Of a stretch of DNA of 64,000 bases, positions 18,699-27,820 are shown one piece after another. The position numbers and the translations under genes were made by a program. The DNA lies in contig CAWEZH010000003.1 of NCBI GenBank assembly GCA_963813535.1, positions 1 through 64,000 of the forward strand, given 5' to 3'. Under the pieces are notes generated by a model that saw only the letters and a list, made by a program, of their open reading frames with translations, searched no databases and was not told where the DNA came from. Numbering within the stretch: position 1 is the first letter of the stretch; each line of letters opens with the position of its first letter. Source of the stretch: an uncultured Chloroflexia bacterium. GTDB taxonomy: Bacteria; Chloroflexota; Limnocylindria; Limnocylindrales; CSP1-4.

Positions 18699-19238
18699 CT
18701 AGATCCCGCCGAAGTCACCGCCGCCGAAGTCACCACCACCGAAATCCCCGCCACCGAAATCGCCGCCGTCGCCCGCGTCGCCGCCGGTGTCGGCCTCGGC
18801 CGTGTCACCCGACGCGTCGCCTCCATCGCCGCCCTGATCCATCCCCGGATCGTTGTCGAAGAACGACTGCGCTATGGCCGTGCCCACGAAGCTCCCCGCG
18901 AGCGTCGCCAGGAACCAGCTGCCGAGGCCCGGCGCGCCGGGCCCCCAGGCACGCTCGATCGTGCCGGGCTGGCGGATCTCCGCCCGCGTCGCCGTGCGTG
19001 CCAACGACGCCGGGTCGTCGCCGCGGATCTCACTCGGTGGCACGACCTGAGCGAGTGCCTGGAGCGCCTGCCGGCGCTGGTCGGGCGTCAGGCGAGCGAA
19101 CGCCTCCTCGTGCGCACGCTCGACGTCCTCGGGCGGAGCGGTCGAGAGCATGTATCGATAGCGCGCGAGCGCCTGCTCGTCGGTCTGTCCCTGGTCGGTG
19201 GCCTGTCCCGTGTCGCGTCCGCGACCGAATAGGTTCAC
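18699..19238 (-). CDS. Hypothetical protein with acidic Gly-rich GGDFG-repeat tail
   Basis: AGGAGG RBS; core YRYMLSTAPPEDVERAHEEAFARL; one hydrophobic segment; (GGDFG)x4 C-terminus. Confidence 0.75.
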   Translation of the reverse strand: MNLFGRGRDTGQATDQGQTDEQALARYRYMLSTAPPEDVERAHEEAFARLTPDQRRQALQALAQVVPPSEIRGDDPASLARTATRAEIRQPGTIERAWGPGAPGLGSWFLATLAGSFVGTAIAQSFFDNDPGMDQGGDGGDASGDTAEADTGGDAGDGGDFGGGDFGGGDFGGGDFGGI

Positions 19239-19272
19239 GTCGGTCCTCCTTGCCGAGCGATCGGCCCGGTCG

Positions 19273-20730
19273 CTATTCGTTCGGCTCGCAGCCGAGGCCG
19301 TCCTCCGCGGGATCGAGCTCGTATTCGTCGGGCCCCTTCAGCGACACGGGGGCGGCACCGATCGCCCTCACTTCGGCGCAGTCGAGATCGGGCACGATCG
19401 GCAGACACGGGTCGTACGAAGGGTGACACGCGGCTGAACCGTGGTCGTGCACGCTCGGGCTGGGCAGGGCGGCGGCCGGACTGGGCGGGGCGGCGGCCGG
19501 GCCTGACGACGGGTTCTCAGCCGTCACCGGAGCCCACAACCCGATGCCCGCCTGCTCCGCCTCTGCCTGCGCGGCGACGAGCTCGTCCACGTACCGCACG
19601 TCCGGCGGGAACGTCGAGACCTGGCCGTAGCCGAGACGAACGAGGCTGAGGTTGACCATGATCCAGTCGCTGTTGTCATCGACAAGCCAGACGTTGCGCA
19701 GGAGCCGGTCGAACTGGTCGGTCTCTGACTCCTCCTTCTCGAGGTAGACGTCCTGACCGGCGACCATGCTCGAATTCGCGGCGGTCGCCAGGTCGGCCAT
19801 CCGCTTGATGGTCGGATCGGTGGCGTCGGGTTCGGGCGTATCCATGCCGATGTAGCGCAGCGGATATTCGGTGCCGTTGATGACGACGCGGATGGTGTCC
19901 CCATCGATGACGTCGGACACCGTAGCGAACTCGGTCGGCCCGATCGGGCGGAAGCTGGGCTCCGGGGGGAGCCCCTCGGAGCCTGGGGCGCCGCCGACCA
20001 ACGGCGACCCGATCGCGGTGGATGCGTCGGCTTTTGGGGAGCCCGCCGTAGTCCTGACGAGATTCGAGATCGCGCTGAATGCGAGCAGCCCGAAGAGCGC
20101 GACGATCGCCACCCGTGTCAGCGTCAGATCGGGGCGCCTCGCCAGGATCGACCGGACGCGCGGGGAGACACGCGTGGTCGGGACCGCGGCCTGGGCAGCA
20201 CCGGCGGCAGAGGCTGCCGCAAAGGCGGCCGGCGTGGCCACGTCCACCAGGTCGGGCCTGAACTTCGGCGGCGGAAGCGGAGCGACGTTGGGGCGTTGCA
20301 GTTCCTCGGTGGGGACGGCACCCGGCGGCGGCCAGATGGCGGGTCGCGGGGCGGCCTGCGGTGGCGCGACCGCGACGGCGGTGGCGGCTGACGCGGCCAC
20401 GGCGACACCGCCCGCCGGCGCGGCGGCAGGTGGTCCTTCCTTGAGCGCCGGCCCCGGCGGCGCTCCTGCCGGGCCGGACGGCGGCGGCGTGGTCGACGGG
20501 GGCTCGGCGACTGCCCCGGGTGGCGCGACCGCCGCCACGACGGCACCGACCGGGAGCATGATCGGTCGGGCGAGGACGGAGCGAGTCGGCGAGGTTGCGT
20601 GTGGATCCGCGGGCCGTAGGCTTGCGACCGGCAGGAGCTCGTCGAAATCGAATGCGCATTCCGCGCAGAATCGGAAATAGCCGGAACGACGCGTCCCACA
20701 TCGCGGACAGAAACGCGCTTCGCCGGTCAT
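19273..20730 (-). CDS. Membrane-anchored thermonuclease (SNase) with N-terminal Zn-ribbon and C-terminal Cys/Ca-binding-like domain
   Basis: CPRC...CAEC, Pro/Ala linker, TM helix, VIDGDTI, RYIGMDTPE, DQFDRLLRNV, AGIGLW, then CHPSYDPCLP..DLDC..LDPAEDGLGCE. Confidence 0.85.
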   Translation of the reverse strand: MTGEARFCPRCGTRRSGYFRFCAECAFDFDELLPVASLRPADPHATSPTRSVLARPIMLPVGAVVAAVAPPGAVAEPPSTTPPPSGPAGAPPGPALKEGPPAAAPAGGVAVAASAATAVAVAPPQAAPRPAIWPPPGAVPTEELQRPNVAPLPPPKFRPDLVDVATPAAFAAASAAGAAQAAVPTTRVSPRVRSILARRPDLTLTRVAIVALFGLLAFSAISNLVRTTAGSPKADASTAIGSPLVGGAPGSEGLPPEPSFRPIGPTEFATVSDVIDGDTIRVVINGTEYPLRYIGMDTPEPDATDPTIKRMADLATAANSSMVAGQDVYLEKEESETDQFDRLLRNVWLVDDNSDWIMVNLSLVRLGYGQVSTFPPDVRYVDELVAAQAEAEQAGIGLWAPVTAENPSSGPAAAPPSPAAALPSPSVHDHGSAACHPSYDPCLPIVPDLDCAEVRAIGAAPVSLKGPDEYELDPAEDGLGCEPNE

Positions 20731-20850
20731 GGGGCTGCCCTCTCGGATTCCTGCACGGCTCGTCCCATGGTCATCGATCTCGGACCGCACATGCTACCCG
20801 TGTATAGCCAATGACGGTCCCATCGTTCTCAAACCCGCTAGCCTCCGACC

Positions 20851-21747
20851 GTGACATCGCTCGAACTCGGCCTGAACCTGCCGTACGTCGAAGGGTCGAT
20901 GGATGGCCGGACGCCGCGCTGGGCCGACGTCCTGGCGATGGCGCGGACGGCCGAGTCGATCGGTTTCGATGCGCTGTGGGTGTCGGACCACGTCGGATTC
21001 GGCGATCCCGACGGGGAGTGGCGTGGCGCCTGGGAGAGCTGGACGCTTCTGTCGGCGCTCGCTGCGTCGACCTCACGCGTCGCACTCGGACCGTATGTGC
21101 TCGCCGTCCCGTTCCGGAACCCGGCGCTCCTCGCGAAGATGGCCGAAACGCTCGACGAGGTCAGTGGCGGCCGGCTGATCCTGGGTCTCGGCGCCGGTTG
21201 GAACGAGCCGGAGTTCACGAGCTACGACGTGCCATTCGAGGACCGCTTCGACCGGTTCGAAGACTCGCTACGGATCGTCACCGACATGCTCCGAACCGGG
21301 CGGTCGACGCTCGACGGGCCTGTCGCGCGAGCGCGCTCGGCACGGCTCGAACCCCGCGGCCTGCGACCGTCCGGGCTGCCCGTGATGGTCGGAGCGAACG
21401 GACCGAGGATGCTCCGGCTGACCGCGGAGCTCGCCGATCACTGGAACGGCGGTCTGCGGTCGATCGATGAGGTGCCGCGGCTCCTCGAGGCCCTCGTTGC
21501 CGCGTGTGTCGAGGTCGGGCGGGACCCGTCGACGATCACGAGATCGATCGAGGTCCTCGTGCGCAGCATGCCGACCGCCGCACCGCCCGAGCACCGCGAG
21601 ATCCGCGGCGACTCGACCGCCATCGCCGCCGAGCTGCGCAGGTACGCGGAGCTGGGGATCGATCACCTCCAGGTCCAGCTCCGGCCGAGATCACTCGAGG
21701 GGGTCGAGGCGTTCGCCGAGGTGATCGAGGAGCTGCGCTCGGCCTAG
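20851..21747 (+). CDS. LLM-class flavin/F420-dependent oxidoreductase
   Basis: Motifs AESIGFDALWVSDH, FRNPALLAKMAETLDEVSGGRLILGLGAGW. TAGCCT lies 6 nt before the GTG. Confidence 0.92.
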   Translation: MTSLELGLNLPYVEGSMDGRTPRWADVLAMARTAESIGFDALWVSDHVGFGDPDGEWRGAWESWTLLSALAASTSRVALGPYVLAVPFRNPALLAKMAETLDEVSGGRLILGLGAGWNEPEFTSYDVPFEDRFDRFEDSLRIVTDMLRTGRSTLDGPVARARSARLEPRGLRPSGLPVMVGANGPRMLRLTAELADHWNGGLRSIDEVPRLLEALVAACVEVGRDPSTITRSIEVLVRSMPTAAPPEHREIRGDSTAIAAELRRYAELGIDHLQVQLRPRSLEGVEAFAEVIEELRSA

Positions 21748-21762
21748 CCCAGGGCCGGGGAG

Positions 21763-22173
21763 TCAGACCGGGTCGTCGAGCGTCACTTCGATCATCGGCG
21801 AGTCGGCGGCCATCGCGTCAAGGTCCATCTGCCGCCACGCGTGGCGGACGATCCACTCGGCGGTGGCGCGGCGCTCGGTCGGGTCGGTGATGACACGGGC
21901 CGTGGCCGGCAGATCCGCCGTGAGCGGGCCCTTGACGTGGACCGTGAGGCGCGGATCCGCTGCCAGGTTGTGGATCCAGGCCCGCGTCCGCCCGCGCCAC
22001 GGCTGGCCACTGATGACGAGCCGGCCGTCGATATTGTGGACGACGATCTCGATGCGCCGAGGCTTTCCGGTCCTGCGGCCGGTCGTGGTGATGTCGATGA
22101 GCCCGCCGCGCGCGAGGAAACGGCGGATCGCCTCGGTCTCGGCGGCGGGACGATCCTGAAGTGTTTGTTGCAT
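21763..22173 (-). CDS. Deazaflavin (F420)-dependent nitroreductase/FDOR-family protein
   Basis: Motifs IDITTTGRRTGKPRRIEI and WIHNLAADP. TACGTT lies 7 nt before the ATG. Confidence 0.85.
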   Translation of the reverse strand: MQQTLQDRPAAETEAIRRFLARGGLIDITTTGRRTGKPRRIEIVVHNIDGRLVISGQPWRGRTRAWIHNLAADPRLTVHVKGPLTADLPATARVITDPTERRATAEWIVRHAWRQMDLDAMAADSPMIEVTLDDPV

Positions 22174-22210
22174 GTGCAACAACGTACGCGTGTCGCTTGC
22201 AGATTGCAAG
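22165..22210. promoter_or_regulatory. Two TTGCA...TGCAA palindromes (MarR-like operators)
   Basis: TTGTTGCA-TG-TGCAACAA at 22165-22182 covers the FDOR start codon; CTTGCA-GAT-TGCAAG at 22196-22210. Confidence 0.6.
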
Positions 22211-22299
22211 TAGCAATTTTCACCACCCTCCCGGACATCAGGTCTGGACACGCGCGCGACGATGGGGTCTGATCGCAGGCCTACCTGGAGGAGCACGGC

Positions 22300-22527
22300 A
22301 TGGTGGCGAACGTCGGCGACCGCATCGTCGTCGAATCGGAGAAGGTCGGGGTCGCCGAACGCGGCGGCGAGATCCTCGAGGTCATTCCCCACGAGATCCG
22401 GGCCGAGTACCGGGTCCGCTGGGATGACGGACACGAATCCGGGATCCGCCCCTATGCGAGCAGCATCCGCATCGAGCCGTCGCCGCGGAAGCGGGCGCCC
22501 AAGGCTGCCAAGACGTCGAACGGCTGA
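22300..22527 (+). CDS. DUF1918-domain small protein
   Basis: ANVGDRIVVES...GEILEV...YRVRWDDGHES..P; GGAGGAG RBS. Confidence 0.8.
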   Translation: MVANVGDRIVVESEKVGVAERGGEILEVIPHEIRAEYRVRWDDGHESGIRPYASSIRIEPSPRKRAPKAAKTSNG

Positions 22528-22533
22528 CGCGGG

Positions 22534-22878
22534 ATGGAGACGGTCACCGTCGTCCTGAACGTCAAAGCCGAGGACGTCGAAGCATTCGAGTCGGGGTTCC
22601 GCGAACACGAGCTCGCGGTCTGGCGCGACCTCCAGGATCGCGGACTGCTGATCGCCGCCACCCTCAACCGACTGGACATCTCGTCACGGCCGGTCGACGG
22701 TGCCGTCCAGTACCTGGTCGCCGTGATCTTCGCGTCCGGTGAGGGACATCACGTGCACGACTCCCACCCGGGCTTCGCCACGTGGAACGCGATCGCCGAC
22801 ACGTACCAGACCGGTGAGCCGATGGCGTTCGGCGGCGAGACGGTCGTGCAGCTCGGTGTCGAGCAGCCGTCGGCCTAG
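22534..22878 (+). CDS. Hypothetical protein, possibly dimeric alpha/beta barrel (ABM-like)
   Basis: Clean ORF 6 nt after DUF1918; VLNVKAEDVEAFE pattern; His cluster GHHVHDSH. Confidence 0.6.
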   Translation: METVTVVLNVKAEDVEAFESGFREHELAVWRDLQDRGLLIAATLNRLDISSRPVDGAVQYLVAVIFASGEGHHVHDSHPGFATWNAIADTYQTGEPMAFGGETVVQLGVEQPSA

Positions 22879-23270
22879 GCCCTCGGCTTGGACGTCCAGG
22901 TCGGGTCGGGGCCGGCCAGCCATTCGGTGTCGAACTGGGCCGCCCCGTGGATCGCGGTGAGGCGCAGCTCATCCGTGCCGGTGTTCGTGAACCCATGCGC
23001 CTCGCCCGGCGGACTGACGACGACGTGCCCGCCCTCGACGACGACCGTCCGGTCGCCGATCTGGAAGGTGGCCTGGCCCGACTCGACGATGAAGACCTCG
23101 GGATACGGGTGTCGATGCAACCTCGGCCCGACACCCGGACGCGAGTGGACGAGGATCACGCAGAACGGGACCTCACCGTGCTCTCCGCCGACGAACTCGT
23201 GCGAGTGCTCGCTGTGCTCGAGGTCGTCGAACGCGACGATGTGACCGTGGCGACCGTCGGCGTCGTCCAT
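22875..23270 (-). CDS. Cupin domain protein
   Basis: Motifs GPRLHRHPYPEVFIVESG and PPGEAHGFTNTG. Confidence 0.88.
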   Translation of the reverse strand: MDDADGRHGHIVAFDDLEHSEHSHEFVGGEHGEVPFCVILVHSRPGVGPRLHRHPYPEVFIVESGQATFQIGDRTVVVEGGHVVVSPPGEAHGFTNTGTDELRLTAIHGAAQFDTEWLAGPDPTWTSKPRA

Positions 23271-23292
23271 CCCCGAGATGGTAGTGCGCGGG

Positions 23293-23817
23293 TCAGCCTC
23301 GGCGTGGCGGGGTCAGGCCATATCGCCCGATGATGTCGGGCAGCCAACCGGGCTCGGCGAACGGCAAGCCGTAGCGGTCCCCGATCTCGGCGACCTCGGT
23401 CGGGTCGGGCGCCCGGACGTCGGTGATCTCGACGAGCTCACGGAAGAATCCCTCGAACCCGGCTGGGCTGATGACCTCGATCATGCGAGCGGGCGTCGGG
23501 CCCGCATTCCACATGGCATGGACCTGGTTGCGCGGCTTGACGATGTAGCCACCGGCGCCAAGGACGACCTCGTCGTCTTCCGAGCGAAAGCCGATCTCGC
23601 CCTCGAGCACGTACGAGATCTCGTCCTCGCGGGTGTGGACGTGGGGTGGCACGAGTGCGCCGACCGCGAACGGATGCTCGACGATCGACAGCGCACCACC
23701 CGTGTCCTCGGCGTCGATCTTGAACGTGACCCCGATACCGGGCGCCAGTCCGCCGGCCCGACCCTCACCCTGGCGCACGACCTTCAGACGCGCCCCGATG
23801 CCCTGCTGGATCGCCAT
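23293..23817 (-). CDS. Cupin domain protein (quercetinase-like)
   Basis: Motifs VPPHVHTREDEISYVLEG, PRNQVHAMWN, SPAGFEGFF; GGAGGAG RBS. Confidence 0.88.
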   Translation of the reverse strand: MAIQQGIGARLKVVRQGEGRAGGLAPGIGVTFKIDAEDTGGALSIVEHPFAVGALVPPHVHTREDEISYVLEGEIGFRSEDDEVVLGAGGYIVKPRNQVHAMWNAGPTPARMIEVISPAGFEGFFRELVEITDVRAPDPTEVAEIGDRYGLPFAEPGWLPDIIGRYGLTPPRRG

Positions 23818-23840
23818 CTCGCTCCTCCGATACCCATTCA

Positions 23841-23909
23841 AGTGAACAGGTCTGTATACTGAACCCGCGATGCCAGGCATGTCAATATCGGAGAACAGGT
23901 GAGTTCACT
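23841..23909. promoter_or_regulatory. Two related imperfect palindromes (likely TetR operators)
   Basis: AGTGAACAGGTCTGTATACT at 23841-23860 and GGAGAACAGGTGAGTTCACT at 23890-23909, between the divergent cupin and TetR genes. Confidence 0.5.
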
Positions 23910-24546
23910 GAAATCTCGGCCGTATCGGATGGCCCGACGCGCCGAGCACGTCGACGAGACACGCCGACGGATCACTGCCGCGACCGCACGGCTGCACACG
24001 TCGATCGGGCCGGCGAACACGTCCGTCGCGGCGATCGCGGAGGAGGCCGGCGTGACGCGACTCACGGTGTACCGCCACTTCTCCGACCTCGACGTGCTGT
24101 TCGAGGCATGCCGTGCACACTGGCGGGCGGAGAACCCACCGCCGGATGTCAGTACGTGGTCCGCGATCCCCGACCTCGAGGCACGGACCCGGGAGGCACT
24201 GACCAGGCTCTACGGCTGGTTCCACGAGCACGCCGAGGAGCTCTTCCCGATCTATCGGGACATGACGTCCATGCCCCAGTCATCGCAGGACCGGATGCGC
24301 GACGAGAACCGACGCCTGGGCGACCTGCTGGTCGGCACGGCGGCGCCGGCGGGGACGGCGGGTCGCCGGCTGCGAGCAGCAGCGCGACACCTGCTCGACT
24401 ACCGCACGTGGCGGAGCCTCGTGATCGACCGCGAGCTGAGCGATGCCGATGCGGTCGAGATCGGCGTCCGCCTGATGGCCGCCCTGATGGACGTGCCGCC
24501 GAAGAGTCGGCGCGTCAGACCCAGAACGTGTCGTGGCGGAGCATGA
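23899..24546 (+). CDS. TetR/AcrR-family regulator
   Basis: RPYRMARRAEHVDETRRRI and TSVAAIAEEAGVTRLTVYRHF HTH. Confidence 0.9.
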   Translation: MSSLKSRPYRMARRAEHVDETRRRITAATARLHTSIGPANTSVAAIAEEAGVTRLTVYRHFSDLDVLFEACRAHWRAENPPPDVSTWSAIPDLEARTREALTRLYGWFHEHAEELFPIYRDMTSMPQSSQDRMRDENRRLGDLLVGTAAPAGTAGRRLRAAARHLLDYRTWRSLVIDRELSDADAVEIGVRLMAALMDVPPKSRRVRPRTCRGGA

Positions 24547-25003
24547 AGGCCGTTCGCTCGTCGTCGGTCATCGCCTCGCCGAAGGAGACCCGGGCGAGCG
24601 TCTCGAAGTAGTCCTCGCGAGGCGCACCCGGGGCGAACAGGATCAGCATCGAGGCGTCCTCACCGGACTCGTTCCGGAAGCCGTGGATGCCACCCTCGGG
24701 CACGAAGAGGAAGTCGCCCGGCATGGCGTCGATCCAGGTCGTCCCGTCGTACAACTTGATCGTGCCGGAGATCACGAAGAACGACTCGGAGATCGTCCGG
24801 TGGAAGTGGGGGTCGGGACCGCTGCGGGTCGCCGACATGTTCCAGCGATACAGCCCGAACTGGCCGTTGGTCGACTCGCCCGTCGCCAGGTACTCGGCCG
24901 TGCCGCCGTTCTTGTAGCGGACCTCCGGCTCGGTGCCGACGCGGCGAAGGCGGGCATTCGCCAGCCCACCCTCGCCGTCATAGACGCTCGGTGGATACGA
25001 CAT
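24515..25003 (-). CDS. Cupin domain protein
   Basis: Motifs GPDPHFHRTISESFFVISG and VPEGGIHGFRNESG. Confidence 0.9.
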   Translation of the reverse strand: MSYPPSVYDGEGGLANARLRRVGTEPEVRYKNGGTAEYLATGESTNGQFGLYRWNMSATRSGPDPHFHRTISESFFVISGTIKLYDGTTWIDAMPGDFLFVPEGGIHGFRNESGEDASMLILFAPGAPREDYFETLARVSFGEAMTDDERTAFMLRHDTFWV

Positions 25004-25007
25004 CGCC

Positions 25008-27203
25008 CTACGAGAAGGGGTTGTCCCGCCTGTCCTTCAACCGCTCGACCAGGTCGCGCAGCGCATCGGGCAACCCTGACGAGGACCGTGTCGAGGCGGG
25101 GTTGCGGGTCTCCGGCGGTGGCGGTGGCGGTTCCGGCAACGACGCCGGTCGGCCGGCCGAGAGCCACTCGTCGAAGAGGTCGTCGAGCTGCTCACCGGAG
25201 ATCCGCTCGGCCAGCCGGATGAACTCCCGCGTCGTCACGGTGCCGCCCTTCTGTGTGCGCGCCCAATCGCGGAGGATCCGGAAGAAGTCGGCGTCGCCCA
25301 CTTCCACCCGCAGGGCGTGCAGGGTCAGCGCCCCGCGGCCGTAGACCGGGAAGTCGAAGAGGTGGTCAGGGCCTGGGTCGCCGATCGCCATATCCCAGAA
25401 GCCATCGTCGGCCGGGATGGTCGCGAAGGAGTCGAAGATCTCCTGCGCGGTGCCGAAGCCTTCACGCTCGTTCCACAGCCACTCGGCATACGTCGCGAAG
25501 CCCTCGTTGAGCCAGATGTGTTGCCATGCGTGGACGGCGAGGCTGTCGCCGTACCACTGGTGGGCAAGCTCGTGGACGACCACGAAGTCGTTCGGCCCGC
25601 CGAAGAAGAAGACCGGCGAGTAGGTCGGCCGAGTCTGGTTCTCGAGCGCGAAGCCGACCGACACGACGTCGACGATGCCACCCGACGCCGAGAACGGATA
25701 TGGCCCGAACCAGCCCTTCTCGGCACCGATGATCTCCGGCTGTCGGTCGAACGACTGCAGGGCGAAGACACCCAGACCGGGCACGCCCGGGACGCTCGCT
25801 GCTGTGGCCCACGTGTTCGGGTTGGGGGCGCTGCCGGCCGGTCCGGCCAGCGGAGCCGTCCAACCGTCCAGGACGTTCCCGTCGGCCTCGAAGCTGGTGG
25901 AACCGACTCCTGTCGACGAAACGACATTGTCGAGCGTGACGCCACGACCCTGGACGGACTGGTCGCTCGCATAGGTGATCGAGACCTCGACCTGGCGGGT
26001 CGCACTCGTCGTGTTCGGCAGCGCGACCGACCAGGTCTCCCAGCCATCGCTCGAGCCGCTCGCAGCGTTCCAGACGCCGCTCGTCCCGGTCGGGTCGCAC
26101 GAGATCTGGTCGTCCTCGGGTGTGGAGGGATCGCCCGGATCGACCACGACCTGCTTGAGGTAATGGCCGAGGAACGGGTTCGCCTCGACGAACCCCGGGC
26201 AGGCGCCGACGTCCTGGCTGGAGTGGCCACTCGCATCGGGCATGGTCGTCCAGTCCGTCCCGCCGGCCGTGCGGGCTTCGACGAAGAAGAAGTCCCAGCC
26301 AGATTCGGTGTCGCGGTTGACGTCGAAGGTCAGCGTGGAACCACCCGCCGGGACGGGGATGACGCGTGTCAGGCGCTTGTAGGCCGGCTCGCCGACCTGC
26401 GAGTAGAGCATCTGTGTGCCCTGCGTCGGGGTCGCCGGTGCGAGGAGGTCCTCCATCAGCGTCGTGTCGACGGCGTCCCAATACTTGATGCCATCGGCCC
26501 GGTAGGAGTGGACGTCGAAGTGGCCGATCGCCATCGTCGCGAGGTAGGGGGCCATCGGCTCACGCGCATCCCACGTCCACGTGGACCAGCGGCCGGAGGT
26601 CGTCTTGCGGACGAGGACACCATTCGAGATGGCCTCGAGGTCCTTGGGCACGGTGATGCGGAAGTGGAACCGCGCCTTGTCGCGCGGGTGGTCGTTCGCC
26701 GGGAACCACGTGGCAGCCACGTGCGGCTCGCCCATCACGATCGCGCCGTCCTCGGTGGGGAGGAAGCCGGACTGTCCGAAGATGTCCTCGATGATCTGGG
26801 GAACGCCGTCGTAGCGGAAGACCGCAGTGAACGTCGACCCCTTACGGAGCCCCGACCGCGGCGTGACGATGAGCTCGCCCTCCGATCGTCGCGTCCGAGC
26901 GTCCTTGCCGTTGACCTTGGCGCTGCGCAGGTTCATCCCGACGAAGTCGAGGTTGAACCGCGAGAGGTTCTTGGTGGCGCGCGCGGTGATCGTGGCGGTG
27001 CCGCTCAGACGGTCACGGTCCGGCTCGTAGCGGACGTTGAGGTCATAGGAGATGACGTTGTAGCCGCCGTTGCCGTCCTTGGGGAAGTACGGGTCCCCGA
27101 TGCCCGCCGATCCCGGCGAGAACTCGGCTCCTCGCGCGATGCCCGGCGTGATCGCCAGGCAGAGCAGGCTGGCGACGATGAGGCGTGCGAGTGTCCGGCG
27201 CAT
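25008..27203 (-). CDS. Secreted M1-family zinc aminopeptidase with a large internal insertion
   Basis: Signal peptide; motifs GIGDPYFPKDGNGGY, WFPANDHPRDKA, GFALENQT, VVHELAHQWYGD..WLNEGFATYAEW, VYGRGA. Confidence 0.9.
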   Translation of the reverse strand: MRRTLARLIVASLLCLAITPGIARGAEFSPGSAGIGDPYFPKDGNGGYNVISYDLNVRYEPDRDRLSGTATITARATKNLSRFNLDFVGMNLRSAKVNGKDARTRRSEGELIVTPRSGLRKGSTFTAVFRYDGVPQIIEDIFGQSGFLPTEDGAIVMGEPHVAATWFPANDHPRDKARFHFRITVPKDLEAISNGVLVRKTTSGRWSTWTWDAREPMAPYLATMAIGHFDVHSYRADGIKYWDAVDTTLMEDLLAPATPTQGTQMLYSQVGEPAYKRLTRVIPVPAGGSTLTFDVNRDTESGWDFFFVEARTAGGTDWTTMPDASGHSSQDVGACPGFVEANPFLGHYLKQVVVDPGDPSTPEDDQISCDPTGTSGVWNAASGSSDGWETWSVALPNTTSATRQVEVSITYASDQSVQGRGVTLDNVVSSTGVGSTSFEADGNVLDGWTAPLAGPAGSAPNPNTWATAASVPGVPGLGVFALQSFDRQPEIIGAEKGWFGPYPFSASGGIVDVVSVGFALENQTRPTYSPVFFFGGPNDFVVVHELAHQWYGDSLAVHAWQHIWLNEGFATYAEWLWNEREGFGTAQEIFDSFATIPADDGFWDMAIGDPGPDHLFDFPVYGRGALTLHALRVEVGDADFFRILRDWARTQKGGTVTTREFIRLAERISGEQLDDLFDEWLSAGRPASLPEPPPPPPETRNPASTRSSSGLPDALRDLVERLKDRRDNPFS

Positions 27204-27357
27204 CCCGATCCCTCCCCATGGTCCGACTGGGGGTCGTGTCGGGCCACGGGACAGTGTGCACCACCCGGGTCGCTCGGGCGCGCTACTTTCGGGCGCGAGC
27301 CGTCAGTCGATCGTGATCAGCCCGTCCATACCGACGCGCTCAGGATCGACCCTGGGA

Positions 27358-27756
27358 TCAGGACGGAGGCGGGTCGTCGCTGTGCACCGCGAGGATGTTG
27401 CCCGCGGGGTCACGGAACCATGCGATCGTCGGGCCGCCATCCTCACCCGGGCGGGCGATGCCCTTGTCGTCCTGATCGAAGCCATCGAAGCGCGCCATCT
27501 GGACACCCGAGCTCGTGAGCTCGTCCACGGCGACGTCGACATCCTTCACGGGGAAGTTCAGCACCGTGTAGGTGGCGGGCACGAAGTCGTCCTTCTGGTA
27601 GATCAGGACGCGCTTGCTGTCGCTCAAGCGGAGCTCCAGCAAGGTGCCGTCGTACAGGTCCTTGACCGGGATCCCGAGCGTATCGCCGTAGAACCGCTTT
27701 TCTGCGCTGATGTCCTTGGCGGCAAAGCCCGAATACGCGTTCTGGGTGGACAGCAT
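27358..27756 (-). CDS. VOC/glyoxalase-family protein
   Basis: Motifs FYGDTLG, PATYTVLNFPVKDVD, IAWFRDPAGNIL; AGGAGG RBS. Confidence 0.9.
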   Translation of the reverse strand: MLSTQNAYSGFAAKDISAEKRFYGDTLGIPVKDLYDGTLLELRLSDSKRVLIYQKDDFVPATYTVLNFPVKDVDVAVDELTSSGVQMARFDGFDQDDKGIARPGEDGGPTIAWFRDPAGNILAVHSDDPPPS

Positions 27757-27820
27757 GAGCTTCCTCCTGTTGTGCGCCAGAGGCTAGGCCGGGACGCGTT
27801 TCGCACGCATCAACACCGTC

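Noticed and set aside
25317-27518. Long antisense ORFs (also 9758-11617, 40281-42413, 12312-13952)
   Set aside because: Shadow ORFs typical of high-GC DNA, lying opposite well-supported genes and lacking recognisable motifs.
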